64,000 bases of DNA from Octopus sinensis (taxonomy: Eukaryota), in NCBI RefSeq assembly GCF_006345805.1, contig NC_042997.1, positions 201,934,001-201,998,000 of the forward strand. Reading direction: 5' to 3'. The first letter of the stretch is position 1; every line of letters begins with the position of its first letter. Below the pieces are notes generated by a model, which saw only the letters and a list, made by a program, of their open reading frames with translations, did not search any database and was not told the DNA's origin. The position numbers and the translations under genes are program-made. Positions 1 through 10,599 of this stretch are shown here, piece after piece.

Positions 1-59
1 TCTTGAAATGCGCATTGTGTAATAAGTTTTCATTATAGACATTTTTTCTGTTTTAAAAC

Positions 60-310
60 AATGTATCTTGATTGGTTTATGTGAGGTGGCCGAAAACTTT
101 TACATAGCCATTTTTGGTGGTTGTCTTGCCTCTTCCTCTCTCGTTCAGAACCCCTACTCTACAAAATATAATGATCAGAAATGGAAATGACTTTGACAGG
201 GCCAATGTTTCATCTATAAAATATGCAATGAGAAACATCCACTTATATGTTGGCAATTAGTAGAAATTTACAAAAATTTGAAGTGACCGAAAACTTTTGC
301 ACGGTACTGT
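60..310. mobile_element. Terminal region of a Tc1-like DNA transposon (IR/DR-type end)
   Basis: Ends in ...gaccgaaaacttttgcacggtactg|TA (reverse complement TA|cagtaccgtgcaaaagttttcgg, a Tc1-like terminus). The motif g(g/a)ccgaaaactttt occurs twice, at ~86 and ~284. Confidence 0.55.
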
Positions 311-433
311 ATATATGTATGTATGGGTATATATGTATGTATGGGTATGTATGTATGTATGGGTATGTATGTATGTATGTATGTATGTATATATATATGT
401 ATGTATGTATATATATATATATATGTATGTATG

Positions 434-480
<47 letters not shown>

Positions 481-488
481 TATATATA
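309..488. repeat. Compound (TATG)n/(TA)n microsatellite with 12-bp atgggtatgtat subunits
   Basis: Directly visible; explains the YI/HT-rich ORFs at 243-526. Confidence 0.95.
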
Positions 489-507
489 CGGTAATAATGA
501 CAATAAT

Positions 508-1746
508 CATCATCATCATCATTTAACGTCTGCTTTCCATGCTAGCATGGGTTGGACGGTTCAACTGGGGTCTGGGGAGCCCGAAGGCTGCACCAGGCCA
601 GTCAGATCTGACAGTGTTTCTACAGCTGGATGCCCTTCCTAACGCCAACCACTCCGAGAGTGTAGTGGGTGATTTTATGTGCCACCGACACAGGTGCCAG
701 ACAAGGCTGGCGAACGGCCACGCTCGGATGGTGTTTTTATGTGCCACCAACACAGGTGCCAGACGAGGCTGGCGAACGGCCACGCTCGGATGGTGTTTTT
801 TATGTGCCACCGACACAGGAGCCAGATGAGGCTGGTGATCGGCCACGATCGGATGGTGATTGTTACGTGCCCACAGCATGGAGGCCAGTCGGTGCGGTAC
901 TGGCTACGGTCACGTTCGGATGGTTTTCTTGTGTGCCACCGGCACTGGTACCACAAAGATGCAAATTCCATTGATGTTCATCTATTTTGATTTTTGATTT
1001 TTTGATTTTCACTTGCCTCAACAGGTCTTCACAAGTGTCACAAGAAGGAAGGTATGCACAGGTGGACTGACTACGTCCCAGGTAGGGGCCACGGGTTATG
1101 GCCTGACTAGTCTTGCCGGGTCTTCTCACGCACAGCATACTTCCATAGGTCTCGGTCTCTAGTCATTTCCTTGGTGAGACCTAAAGTTCGAAGGTCGTGC
1201 TTCACCACTTCATCCTAGGTTTTCCTGGGTCTACCTCTTCCACAGGTTCCCTCAACTGCTAGGGTGTAGCACTTTTGCACACAACTATCTTCAGCCATTC
1301 TCGTCATATGACCATACCAGCGCAGCCGTCTCTCTTGCACACCACAACTGACGCTTCTTAGGTTCAACTTTTCTCTCAAGGTACTTACACTCTGACGATT
1401 ATGAACACTGACATTACACATCCATCGGAGCATACTGGCTTCATTTCTTGCGAGCTTACGCATATCCTCAGCAGTCACGGCCCATGTTTCACTACCATGT
1501 AGCATGGCTGTACGTACACATGCATCATACAGTCTGCCTTTTAGTCTGAGCGAGAGGCCTTTTGTCACCAGCAGGGGTAAGAGCTCTCTAAACTTTGCCC
1601 AGGCTATTCTTACTCTAGCAGTTACACTTTCAGCACACCCACCCCCGCTACTGACTTGGTCTCCTAGGTAGCGGAAGCTATCAACTACTTCTAGTCTGTC
1701 TCCCTGGAACGTGGTAGAAGTTGGTCTCTGCACATTTCCAGTGTAT
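508..1746 (-). mobile_element. 5'-truncated RTE-clade LINE: RT C-terminus, 3' UTR with ~5 copies of a 62-66 bp repeat, (GAT)n tail
   Basis: The coding remnant runs into a UTR ending ...ggaagggcatccagctgtagaaac...catggaaagcagacgttaaatgatgatg on the minus strand. Confidence 0.92.
1107..1746 (-). pseudogene. RTE-type reverse transcriptase C-terminal fragment with a premature TAG (RKT*DEVVKHDLRTLGL...KTRQD*)
   Basis: Motifs LEVVDSFRYLG, AWAKFRELLPLL, KGRLYDACVRTAMLHGSETW, RRLRWYGH and GRGRPRKTW are characteristic of RTE ORFs. Confidence 0.92.
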
Positions 1747-1748
1747 AG

Positions 1749-2119
1749 AATTTATAAACATTTAATGCATTGCTACAAGGAGTTTCCACATATTACATGT
1801 CTCTTTAGACCACATTCTGGAATGATCACAGTGTAGTCCATAGTATCCATGGGCATCTGGTTGATCATCTTCATGGATTCATTTCTTCAGGCGATATAAC
1901 ATTAATTGATGTACAACAGAGTGATGCTTATCCTTTTTGACCAGTGAGGAGGTTTGTTGAGTTATATTGCCTGAAGAAATGAATCCATGAAGATGATCAA
2001 CTCGCTGCCCATGGATGCTACAGACCCCACTGTAATTATTCCAGGAATACAGACTGTGATCTTAAGAGACATGTGATTCATGGAAAGACATGTAGCAATG
2101 CATTAAATGTTTATAAATT
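1749..2119. repeat. Diverged foldback element, ~150-bp arms (1749-1900 / 1961-2119)
   Basis: Arms align by eye over their whole length, e.g. tccatgggcatctggttgatcatcttcatggattcatttcttcaggc vs gcctgaagaaatgaatccatgaagatgatcaactcgctgcccatgga. Confidence 0.9.
1966..2099 (+). ncRNA. Type I hammerhead-ribozyme-like motif with long stem II insertion (mirror copy at 1769-1895 on minus)
   Basis: Stem I attgc/gcaat, core CTGAAGA, stem II atgaatc/gattcat, GAAA, triplet GTA at 2092-2094. Confidence 0.6.
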
Positions 2120-2470
2120 ACATCCAAGGATTATTGTTATCACTACTACATTTATCCTACATCATGCTAGTACAGCTCGATGCAACCCAAAAAATCTGGA
2201 TCACCAGTCAGCATCATTAGACTGTGGCCAACATAATGGAATAGGAGCTTCATTTGCATATTCAAAATGTCTCCCGTAAACAAATTTAAAATATATTTAT
2301 ATATTGACATGATTAAATACTGTAAGTTTTTGGATAATTTTCGGTTAAAAGTTGGCAGTTTTTCATTGTAGCCAGCGAAGGACTGCGTCTGCACAGTAAA
2401 ATTTGAAAAGTTAGTTCGTATAAACACGAGACAAGTAGCCTTGTTTGTCTCGTGTTGGATATGTTTAGCC

Positions 2471-2562
2471 CTAGGTTGGACCTTGCTGAAGAAAATCAGA
2501 CCTTGTGAGTTCCCCTTGACTCGCTAAAAGATGATCAGAAACCAATTGGTCCCGGGAACTAG
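2471..2562 (+). ncRNA. Hammerhead-like motif, partly decayed
   Basis: CTGAAGA at 2486-2492; stem II atca/tgat with inner hairpin gtgagt/actcgc; GAAA at 2538-2541; palindromic stem III accaattggt; triplet GTC; stem I imperfect (ccttg/ccggg, ctag-tt/aactag). Confidence 0.45.
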
Positions 2563-2717
2563 ATGGTAAATGTTTTTCATTTCCAAATTTATTCCTGTCG
2601 AATTTTATCTGTTATTTTTGTGGTTTACAGAACCTAGCTGTTCTTTCTAGCGTGCTGAATTCCCTAAAAGTGGATTCCTTATGTGTTTAGATATACACTA
2701 CTTCGTATATATATATA

Positions 2718-3292
2718 TATATATATAATCAAATCAAATCAAAAAATCAAAATAGATGAACATCAATGGAATTTGTATCTTTGTGGTACCAGTGCCGGTG
2801 GCACACGAGAAAACCATCCGAACGTGGCCGTAGCCAGTGCCGCACCGACTGGCCTCCATGCTGTGGGCACGTAACAATCACCATCCGATCGTGGCCGATC
2901 GCCAGCCTCATCTGGCTCCTGTGTCAGTGGCACATAAAAAACACCATCCGAGCGTGGTCGTCTGCTAGCCTTGTCTGGCACTTGTGTCGGTGGCACATAA
3001 AAACACCATCCGAGCGTGGCCGTTCGCCAGCCTCATCTGGCACCTGTGTCGGTGGCACATAAAAACACCATCCGAGCGTGGCCGTTCGCCAGCCTCGTCT
3101 GGCACCTGTGTCGGTGGCACATAAAATCACCCACTACACTCTCGGAGTGGTTGGCGTTAGGAAGGGCATCCAGCTGTAGAAACACTGCCAGATCTGACTG
3201 GCCTGGTGCAGCCTTCGGGCTCCCCAGACCCCAGTTGAACCGTCCAACCCATGCTAGCATGGAAAGCGGACGTTAAATGATGATGATGATGA
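2718..3292 (+). mobile_element. RTE 3' UTR copy (young subfamily A) with ~62-bp VNTR and (GAT)n tail
   Basis: Near-identical reverse complement of 510-1010; tail joins (AT)n. Confidence 0.92.
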
Positions 3293-3408
3293 TATATATA
3301 TATATATACACTCATTCAGAATTTGAGGAAGCAATATCTACATAAGGGATTGTTAAAAACAATCCTGATGCCAACTGGGTTTAACCATATATATTGATAG
3401 GAAGATCA

Positions 3409-3410
<2 letters not shown>

Positions 3411-3496
<86 letters not shown>
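3411..3496. repeat. (TA)n microsatellite
   Basis: Directly visible. Confidence 0.95.
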
Positions 3497-3497
<1 letters not shown>

Positions 3498-3700
3498 CAT
3501 TGTTTAGCATCCATTTTCTATGGGCAGGATTCTTTGACAGGGTTCAGTGAGCTGCAGGCCTGTGTCAGGCTCCAATATTTCTACAGCTGGATGCCCTTCC
3601 TAACACCTACCACTTTGCAATGTGCACTTGATATGCTTTACATGATCCCAGCACTAGTGGAGCCATCAAGTAACTTGCAAGAGGAAGCAAAGGCAGGAAA
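3497..3700 (-). mobile_element. Degenerate RTE 3' end
   Basis: Contains tttctacagctggatgcccttcctaac. Confidence 0.75.
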
Positions 3701-3767
3701 AAGGGGCACAACTGTGGCTGTATGGTTAAGAAGCTTACTTCCCAACCATGTGATCCTATCTCATTTA

Positions 3768-4148
3768 CTCATTTCAGTCATTTGACTGCAGCCATGCCGG
3801 AGCACCGCCTTTAGTCGAGGAAATCGATCCCAGGTCTTATTCTTTGTAAGCCTAGTACTTATTCTATCGGTCTATTTTGCCGAACTGCTAAGTTACGGGG
3901 ACGTAAACATACCAGCATTAGTTGTCAAGCGATGTTGTGGGGGGGGGACAAACATACATATATAAATAAATATATACATATATACGACGGGCTTCTTTCA
4001 GTTTCCGTCTACCAAATCCACTCACTAGGCTTTGGTCAGCCCGAGGCTATAGTAGAAGACACTTGCCCAAGGTGCCATGCAGTGGGACTGAACCCGGAAC
4101 CATGTGGTTCGTAAGCAAGCTACTTACCACACAGCCACTCCTACACCT
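3768..4148 (-). mobile_element. tRNA-derived CORE-like SINE (family 1)
   Basis: Reverse complement of the gtggctgtgtggtaagtagcttgc...ggcaccttgggcaagtgtcttctactatagcc...cagtcaaatgactgaaa consensus seen more than 15 times in the window. Confidence 0.88.
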
Positions 4149-4289
4149 ATGTTCAGTTCCACTACATGGCACCTCTGTTATTGCCCTTGGGCTTACCAAA
4201 GCCTTGTGAGTGGATTTGTTAGCAGGAAAAAGTGAATGGCATCTGCTATGTAATTTGTTTAGTTTTTTTTTTTTTCTGATAGTGGGTTT

Positions 4290-5415
4290 CACTTCTGTTG
4301 TCTGTGATATTGGTTGTACTATGTTTGTAGATGTCCCAGATTTTCACAAAGTCAACGTTTTCTGACATGTTACTTAAGACATACATTTTTACAGATGCAC
4401 TCTATAACTTCTTTGTTGGTGATTATGGTATAATGGATTTCTGAAAACTTTACATTTCTTCATGAAATCTTGTGGGGATTTGTTTTTCAAGTTTATAGAA
4501 TCATTGCTGCTTCTTCATTGATGTATGAGTGCTGTGGTGCCAGTTGGTAAATTGGTATCAAAACAATTGCTTGCCAAGTGGTTCTCATAGCTAAGTAAAT
4601 GGATTCTTCAGTTGTGATGCTGTCTTGTTGTCTCTATAGTAATCAATACTTTATGAAAATCAGCATTTATTCCATTGAATTCTACTCCGATAATGGTGTA
4701 TGTGAGGAGATTTGGGTTGTCATTGGCATGTATCACATTGTAGGATTTTTTTTTTTTTCAGAATTATGTATTTTATGTTGCTGGTTTTTATTTTTTAAGA
4801 GCCTGCATTTCTAGCACATGGTTGTCCCCTTGTTAGTTTGCATTTTAATGTTTCTGTACTTAATGCAAGCAGTTTTGTATGTTATTAGGCCACCTCTGTT
4901 GCGATAAACTCTGTCTAATCTCATCTGAGTATAATTGGGAATATAGTTTGTGCTGTGTTGATGTATTAAAAATGCTTCCTGAATAATTGGTGTGTGGATG
5001 TTGCATATGAGAATAATATCATTTAATTCCATAAAAATTATCTTTGATGTTGTAAAATTTTAAAATTGGCTTTTGTTTCTGATTTGAAGTGTGTGTGTAC
5101 ATGCATGTGTGTGTGTGTGTGTACGTGCGTGTGTGTGTGTGTACGTGCGTGTGTGTGTGTGTACGTGCGTGTGTGTGTGTGTACGTGTGTGTGTGTGTGT
5201 TAATATATGGTATTGGGAAAGAGATTAAAATGGTACTTCCCATCTTTAATCATTGCCACTGTTGTTGACATTGTTGTTGTATCTGTAACATTGTGTATTT
5301 CTGGAGTTTTTGTAAGTAGTGTTGTTTGGTGTTTCTCGGAGCACAATTTGAGCAGCTGTGGGTTTTGTTGGTCTAGGGTAGTATTTGTATTATTATCATT
5401 ATCAGGTACAGGCAT
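4290..5415 (-). pseudogene. Degraded non-LTR retrotransposon fragment with APE-endonuclease N-terminus
   Basis: IIQEAFL...IPNYTQMRLDRVYRNRGGLITY resembles the QET...IPNY...RxDR...GGG-V/L APE motif; the frame is broken and interrupted by a microsatellite. Confidence 0.6.
5090..5200. repeat. (GT)n microsatellite with exact 20-bp higher-order unit gtacgtgcgtgtgtgtgtgt (~4 copies)
   Basis: Directly visible. Confidence 0.95.
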
Positions 5416-5686
5416 GGCTGTATGGTTTTAAAAGTTGGCTTCTTAACCTACATGGTTTCAGGTTCAGTTGTACTGTATGACAGTTTCTCTCCTTGTTTTT
5501 TCTGTGTCCCTTTCTGTAGAAGAGCATAGGCTCAAAACGTAAAAGACTTTTTCTATTCCTGAGCATTATACTAATACATCTATTTGTTTTGTACACCACC
5601 TGTCTTCGTCTTTTGTTTTTTTCGTAAACTCTTACTGTATGACACATTGGGTAAGTGTTTTCTGGGCCAACCAAGAAAGCCTTTAG

Positions 5687-5875
5687 CTTCTGAGTTCAAA
5701 TCCTGCTGAGGTCAACTTTCTTTTTGATCCTTCTGAGTTCAAATCCTGCTGAGGTCAACTTTCTTTTTGATCCTTCCCAGGTCAATAAAATAGAATACCA
5801 GTCAAGTACTGGGGTTGTTGTAATCAACTATGCCCCTACCTCTTCCAAATTTTAAGCCTTGTGCCTTTTATAAAT
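5687..5875 (+). mobile_element. SINE family 2 fragment with a perfect 43-bp internal tandem duplication
   Basis: cttctgagttcaaatcctgctgaggtcaactttctttttgatc occurs twice in tandem. Confidence 0.8.
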
Positions 5876-6754
5876 AGAATTATTATTGATATTATTATGT
5901 TTTCAGACTACCATGTTAATGCATGTATACCGACAAGCAAATAATATCAAGACTTTCAAGTGAATTTCTTCAATAACACGAATTCATCTCTACCTTCTAC
6001 TTCATTCATTTTTTATACACCATCAATTTATTGCAGATACAAACCACAACTTTTAAAAGCTATTCATTGTATTTATTACTGTCACCCAGAATATTCACAC
6101 ACACCCCCCCACACCCCCCGCTTCCCATTTAATCTCTGGAAGAAAACTTTCACAAAGCTCTTGAAATCGAAAACATGTATAATGTTTCTTTATAGAAGTT
6201 TATGTAAATATATTCTTACGTTTTAGCAATTACTCTGATACATATGCTTTTAAGTGAATTTTTTTTTCTTCCTTGTTATCTTTTAAAATTTCAACTTGAA
6301 ATTTTCTTATTGTGAAACATCAAATATTGGCAAGACAATACAGAGTTATTTCCTCTTGGATTTATTCCTCTATGAGAAAAGAGATGTGGTAGTAGTAGTG
6401 GTGGTGGTGGTGGTGGGACATGTTTTTTTTTTAGATTCTGATTGCCCTTGAATAAGTAAACTTATTGTACAATGGCATTCCAACTATAATACAACAATCC
6501 TATACTTTTTTTAAATCTTTTTGCCAGACACAGTATATCTAGAATCACATTATTTCACGTCTGCCTCACCCTCATATTTTTTTAAGATGTTAAGACGTTA
6601 TATAAAGGAAAATTGGCTGCTATTTCTAGCAGAGCAGTTGATAATGTCAGAACTTTGCAATAGGCCCGAGATGTGTGTGTGTATGTGTAAATTTTGGTTC
6701 AGTTTTCTGTATTTAGATCTGCTTGAGAAGAAGACCTATCAAACCGAATAAAAT

Positions 6755-6960
6755 CACAGCCATGGCAGATACTGGTGCTACGCAAATGGCACCTGTGCCA
6801 GTGTCACATAAAAGCACCCATTACACTCTCAGAGTGATTGGTGTTAGGAAGGGCATTCAGCCATAGAAACCATGCCAAATCAGACTGGAATCTGGTGCAG
6901 CCTTTCAGCTTGCCAGCCCCAGTCAAACTGTCCATGGACAACATGATGATGATAATGATG
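6755..6960 (+). mobile_element. Degenerate RTE 3' end
   Basis: gttaggaagggcattcagccatagaaac...gatgat tail. Confidence 0.75.
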
Positions 6961-7129
6961 TTCTCAATTACGACTCCTGCAATTTAATGTGGCCCTCAAA
7001 CACCCTTCCAGTAGCCCCCAACAGTCTTCCCATTATAAATATAAATTTTTCTTTGGCTTGTGCAGCCCCCTAAAAAATAAAATCCCATTTTTGGATCTAG
7101 CCCAGATATTAAAAAGCTGAGTACCACTG
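6961..7129. mobile_element. hAT-type MITE with left end lost; same family as 10317-10504
   Basis: Shared internal sequence (gccctcaaaca...cagcccccaacagtcttc...ataaatata) and right end gctgagtaccactg. Confidence 0.65.
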
Positions 7130-7227
7130 GTTTAGACCAATGAACTGAAAATCAGGAAAGATTTTAAATGGAAGTTGTATCAGTCAGCAATTATTGGAGA
7201 ATACCTTTGTTTCTTTTTCTTTTTACA

Positions 7228-7602
7228 TAGGCGTAGGCGTGGCCGTGTGGTAAGTAGCTTGCTTACCAACCACATGGTTCCATGTTCAGTCCCACTGTGT
7301 GGCACCTTGGGCAAGTGTCTTCTACTATAGCCTCAGGCCGACCAAAGCCTTGTGAGTGGATTTGGTAGACGGAAATTGAAAGAAGCCCGTTGTATATATG
7401 TATACACATATATATGTGTGTGTATGTTTGTCCCCCCAACATCACTTGACAACTGATGGTGTGTTTACATCCCCGTAACCTAGCGGTTCGGCAAAAGAGA
7501 CCGATAGAATAAGTACTAGGCTTACAAAGAATAAGATCGACTAAAGGCAGTGCTCCAGCATGACCACAGTCAATTGACTGAAACAAGTAAAAGAGTAAAG
7601 AG
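7228..7602 (+). mobile_element. tRNA-derived CORE-like SINE (family 1), near full length
   Basis: Matches the family consensus from head to (gagtaaa) tail. Confidence 0.9.
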
Positions 7603-8179
7603 AATTTAGTGAGATGAAGAAGGTTACATGACCTTATATTAGGGCGGCCCCTGAGACTTGTTAGAGGCTAGGTGGGAATGTTGTATCCAGACTGCAAACC
7701 TGTCCTGAATGCTTGTCACAATGTGAACTTTGCTAAAACCCACCAAAGATCAGGTGAATGTGTTAAACCAAGTTGTAGATTAAGAATAAGAGTATTTGCC
7801 CCCCACCCCACCCCACTCCCCAACACGCTTCTACATAGTTTCCATCTACAAAATTTCACTTCCAAAATATTAGCCAGCCCATGGTTATGGCAAAAAGGAG
7901 TTGCTTAAAGAGCTGAGCAGTGAGACTGAACCCAAACCTTGCATCTGCAAGCTATAGACAGTACATTGTCATTAATCATCATCATCATCACTACCAATCA
8001 CCACCACTATCATTGCTATCATCGTCACTAACATCATTACCTCTACCGTAATGGTGTTGATGATTTTAACAGAAAATTAAATGGTGAAAGGATAGCTGGA
8101 GAAGGAATTTTCTGTATTCTCCAACTTCTTTCAAACAAGAGAAACAAAAAAACATGCATTAAAATATTCATTATAATCT

Positions 8180-8370
8180 TCTTCATCATCATCATCATCA
8201 TCACAATAATTTAATACCCATTTTCCATGCTGGCATGGGTTGAATGGTTTGACAGGAGCTGGCAAGACCAGGAGCCATACTGAGCTCCATGGTCTGTTTT
8301 GGCATGGATTCTACAGCTGGAAGCCCTAGAGTATACTGGGTGCTTTTTATGTGGCACCAGCACTAGTGCT
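8180..8370 (-). mobile_element. Degenerate RTE 3' end
   Basis: ttttccatgctggcatgggttg...ctacagctgg. Confidence 0.7.
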
Positions 8371-8974
8371 AATTTCTTATATTGGTATAAAATCATAGAA
8401 TTTAAGCTGGTGTACAGTTAACTCTTGTGGGGATGTACAACAAAGACAGCCTTGGTGGTATTTGAACTCAGAATATGGTGGGATAAACTTAAATGATATT
8501 AGGTAGTCGGCCAAATTCTCTGCTGTTTCTCCAAAGAAGCAAAGAAATGGCAAACACTGAAGATTTCTTATAAAGAAAATCTTTAATAGCTTCAGTAATT
8601 TAATATATGGAAGATTTAATAGTGGATTGGTTTGAATTTGTAAGCATAGAAGTCAATAGCAAATTCTTCATTCAATTTCTGATATTAACTGGATGGAAAT
8701 AAAAGAAGCTATCTTCATCCAAGCAATATTCCCAGCCTTTTTAATAGACAAGCAATAAACTGCGGCAGTTGAATCACAGCAGCTTCGTGTATGGTACGCA
8801 CTCCATTATTAGTTAAATACTGTGCAGTCATGGCCTTGTGGTTTGGAAGTTTCATTCACATCTTGGTAATTCCAAACTTCTGGTTCAATCCTGCTCTGTG
8901 GTATGTTTGGGCAAGTGTTTTCTGCAAGGTCTGACCAAAACGTATCGGGACTGCTCCTATAAAAAGAAACCCAC

Positions 8975-9180
8975 AACACATAGCAGTTCGGCATATAATC
9001 TCCTTCAACGTAGTCACCTTCTGAAGCCACACACTTTATGCAGCATCGTTTCCATTGAAGAAAGCATTCCTGGAACTCTGTTTTTCAGGGATTAGCAAGC
9101 AGCTGCCTCATCACATTCTCTTGAATTTCCTCAGTGTCTTGAAATCGTGTGCCTTTCAGGTGAGATTTGATTTTTGGAAA
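8975..9180 (-). pseudogene. Mariner transposase C-terminal remnant, same family as 43499-44349
   Basis: Minus strand reads FPKIKSHLKGTRFQDTEEIQENVMRQL...FQECFLQWKRCCIKCVASEGDYVEGD*. Confidence 0.8.
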
Positions 9181-10316
9181 GATTCTTGGCTGTAATAACC
9201 ATCAAGCCGTGTCTCTTTTCACACACACACTCATATATTTTCTCTGCAGTGGCCATTGATGGATCCTTTGTGATGTGGTCATATGACTGCACTCAACACA
9301 CTTTACTTCAAGGCTCTGTTATAAGCAATGAAAGTGAGTGAGAACGTTATGACTAGGTGTGTATGTGCAACAGAGTTCAAACTGGACACTTCCATGCTAT
9401 ATTTCTTTACAAATATTGGACCTTGTGCCAAATGATATATCATTTTCACAGGATTTTAAAAGTGGGGTTTTTGTCACTGAATAATAGACTTGCATAACCT
9501 GTTTCAAAGTATTTAATATGATACCATCTCTGAATTCTGAAATAATTGTCCTTCACACTCTACTCTTGATACAAATACCTGTAATATATTGAGGGTTGAT
9601 TTTATGGACAATATTGCTGCTAAATGATTTAATTTTCTCTCCTCTCTCTGTATTTTTCAGATTGCCAGCTCTGTATTTTTGGAATGAGTAACAGGGAACG
9701 ATCACGTGAGTTGAATTTTCATTTATTTTCTTTTGTATTCTTTGTTTGCAGACACATTTGTGTGTGTGTGTGTGTGTGTGTGTGCACCTGCATGTGTATG
9801 TGATCGTCATTTGGTGCTTGTTTTCCCACTGGAATGGGCTGGACAGTTTGACAGGATCATTGAACCATAGGACTGTAGACTCCATTGAGTCTATGGGGTC
9901 AGTGGTTCCCAATAAGAAATGACTCAAGGGGCTTTGATGACTCATCCAACCCATACCAGTATGGAAAATGGAAATCAAGTAGATGATAAATTTTGTGTGT
10001 CTGTTATCCTTTTTCTCTTCTCTTCCTTTTCACTATTACCACATTTTCTCTGATAGTGTTGTTTAAAATGAGTCTTTGAGTTTCTTTCAATCATACAATT
10101 TAACATTTTCTTTGTTAATAAATTATTCGATATCTTTAAAATAATTTATGGAAGTTTTTATTGTTAGAAAAAAAATTCGATAAAAATATTTCTTGTTATT
10201 GAAAATATATTGTAAATATCCTTTGACTTGTTTTCTTCATTTTTTTTATAATATGTTTAATGTTTTTTTTATATATTATATATCATATAATCTCATCTCA
10301 TTTACTGCCTATAAAC

Positions 10317-10504
10317 CAGTGGATCTCAACCACGGCTCCCAGGGCCACATGCTGCCCTCAAACATCCTCCTGGCAGCCCTCAACAGTCTTCTATAAATAT
10401 AATTTTTCTTTAATTGATTTGTATTATACATTTTTTGGCATGGCCCTCTAAACACATCCAGGTTTTGGATTTGGCCTGGATATCAAAAAGGCTGAGAACC
10501 ATTT
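10317..10504. mobile_element. hAT-type MITE with 8-bp TSD
   Basis: Termini cagtggatctcaacc / ggctgagaaccattt; ctataaac at both 10309-10316 and 10505-10512. Confidence 0.85.
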
Positions 10505-10599
10505 CTATAAACACAAGTCATATATAATTATGTACAGTCTTATTTAACATGTTTATGTACACAAGGACGTGGAAAGGTAATGCACTGCACAAGTTGTCT

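Noticed and set aside
243-526. ORFs rich in YI/HT/CV (also at 36171-37597, 56926-57240 and elsewhere)
   Set aside because: Translations of microsatellites.
679-950. 62-bp units as a CRISPR-like array, or as tandem hammerheads (CAGACGA..GAAC)
   Set aside because: There are no unique spacers, the core is not CUGANGA/GAAA, and the stems do not fit.
523-990. Overlapping ORFs repeated at 2763-3276 and 56501-57045 that look like a conserved gene family
   Set aside because: They are frames through the GC-rich RTE 3' UTR VNTR; recurrence reflects repeat copies.
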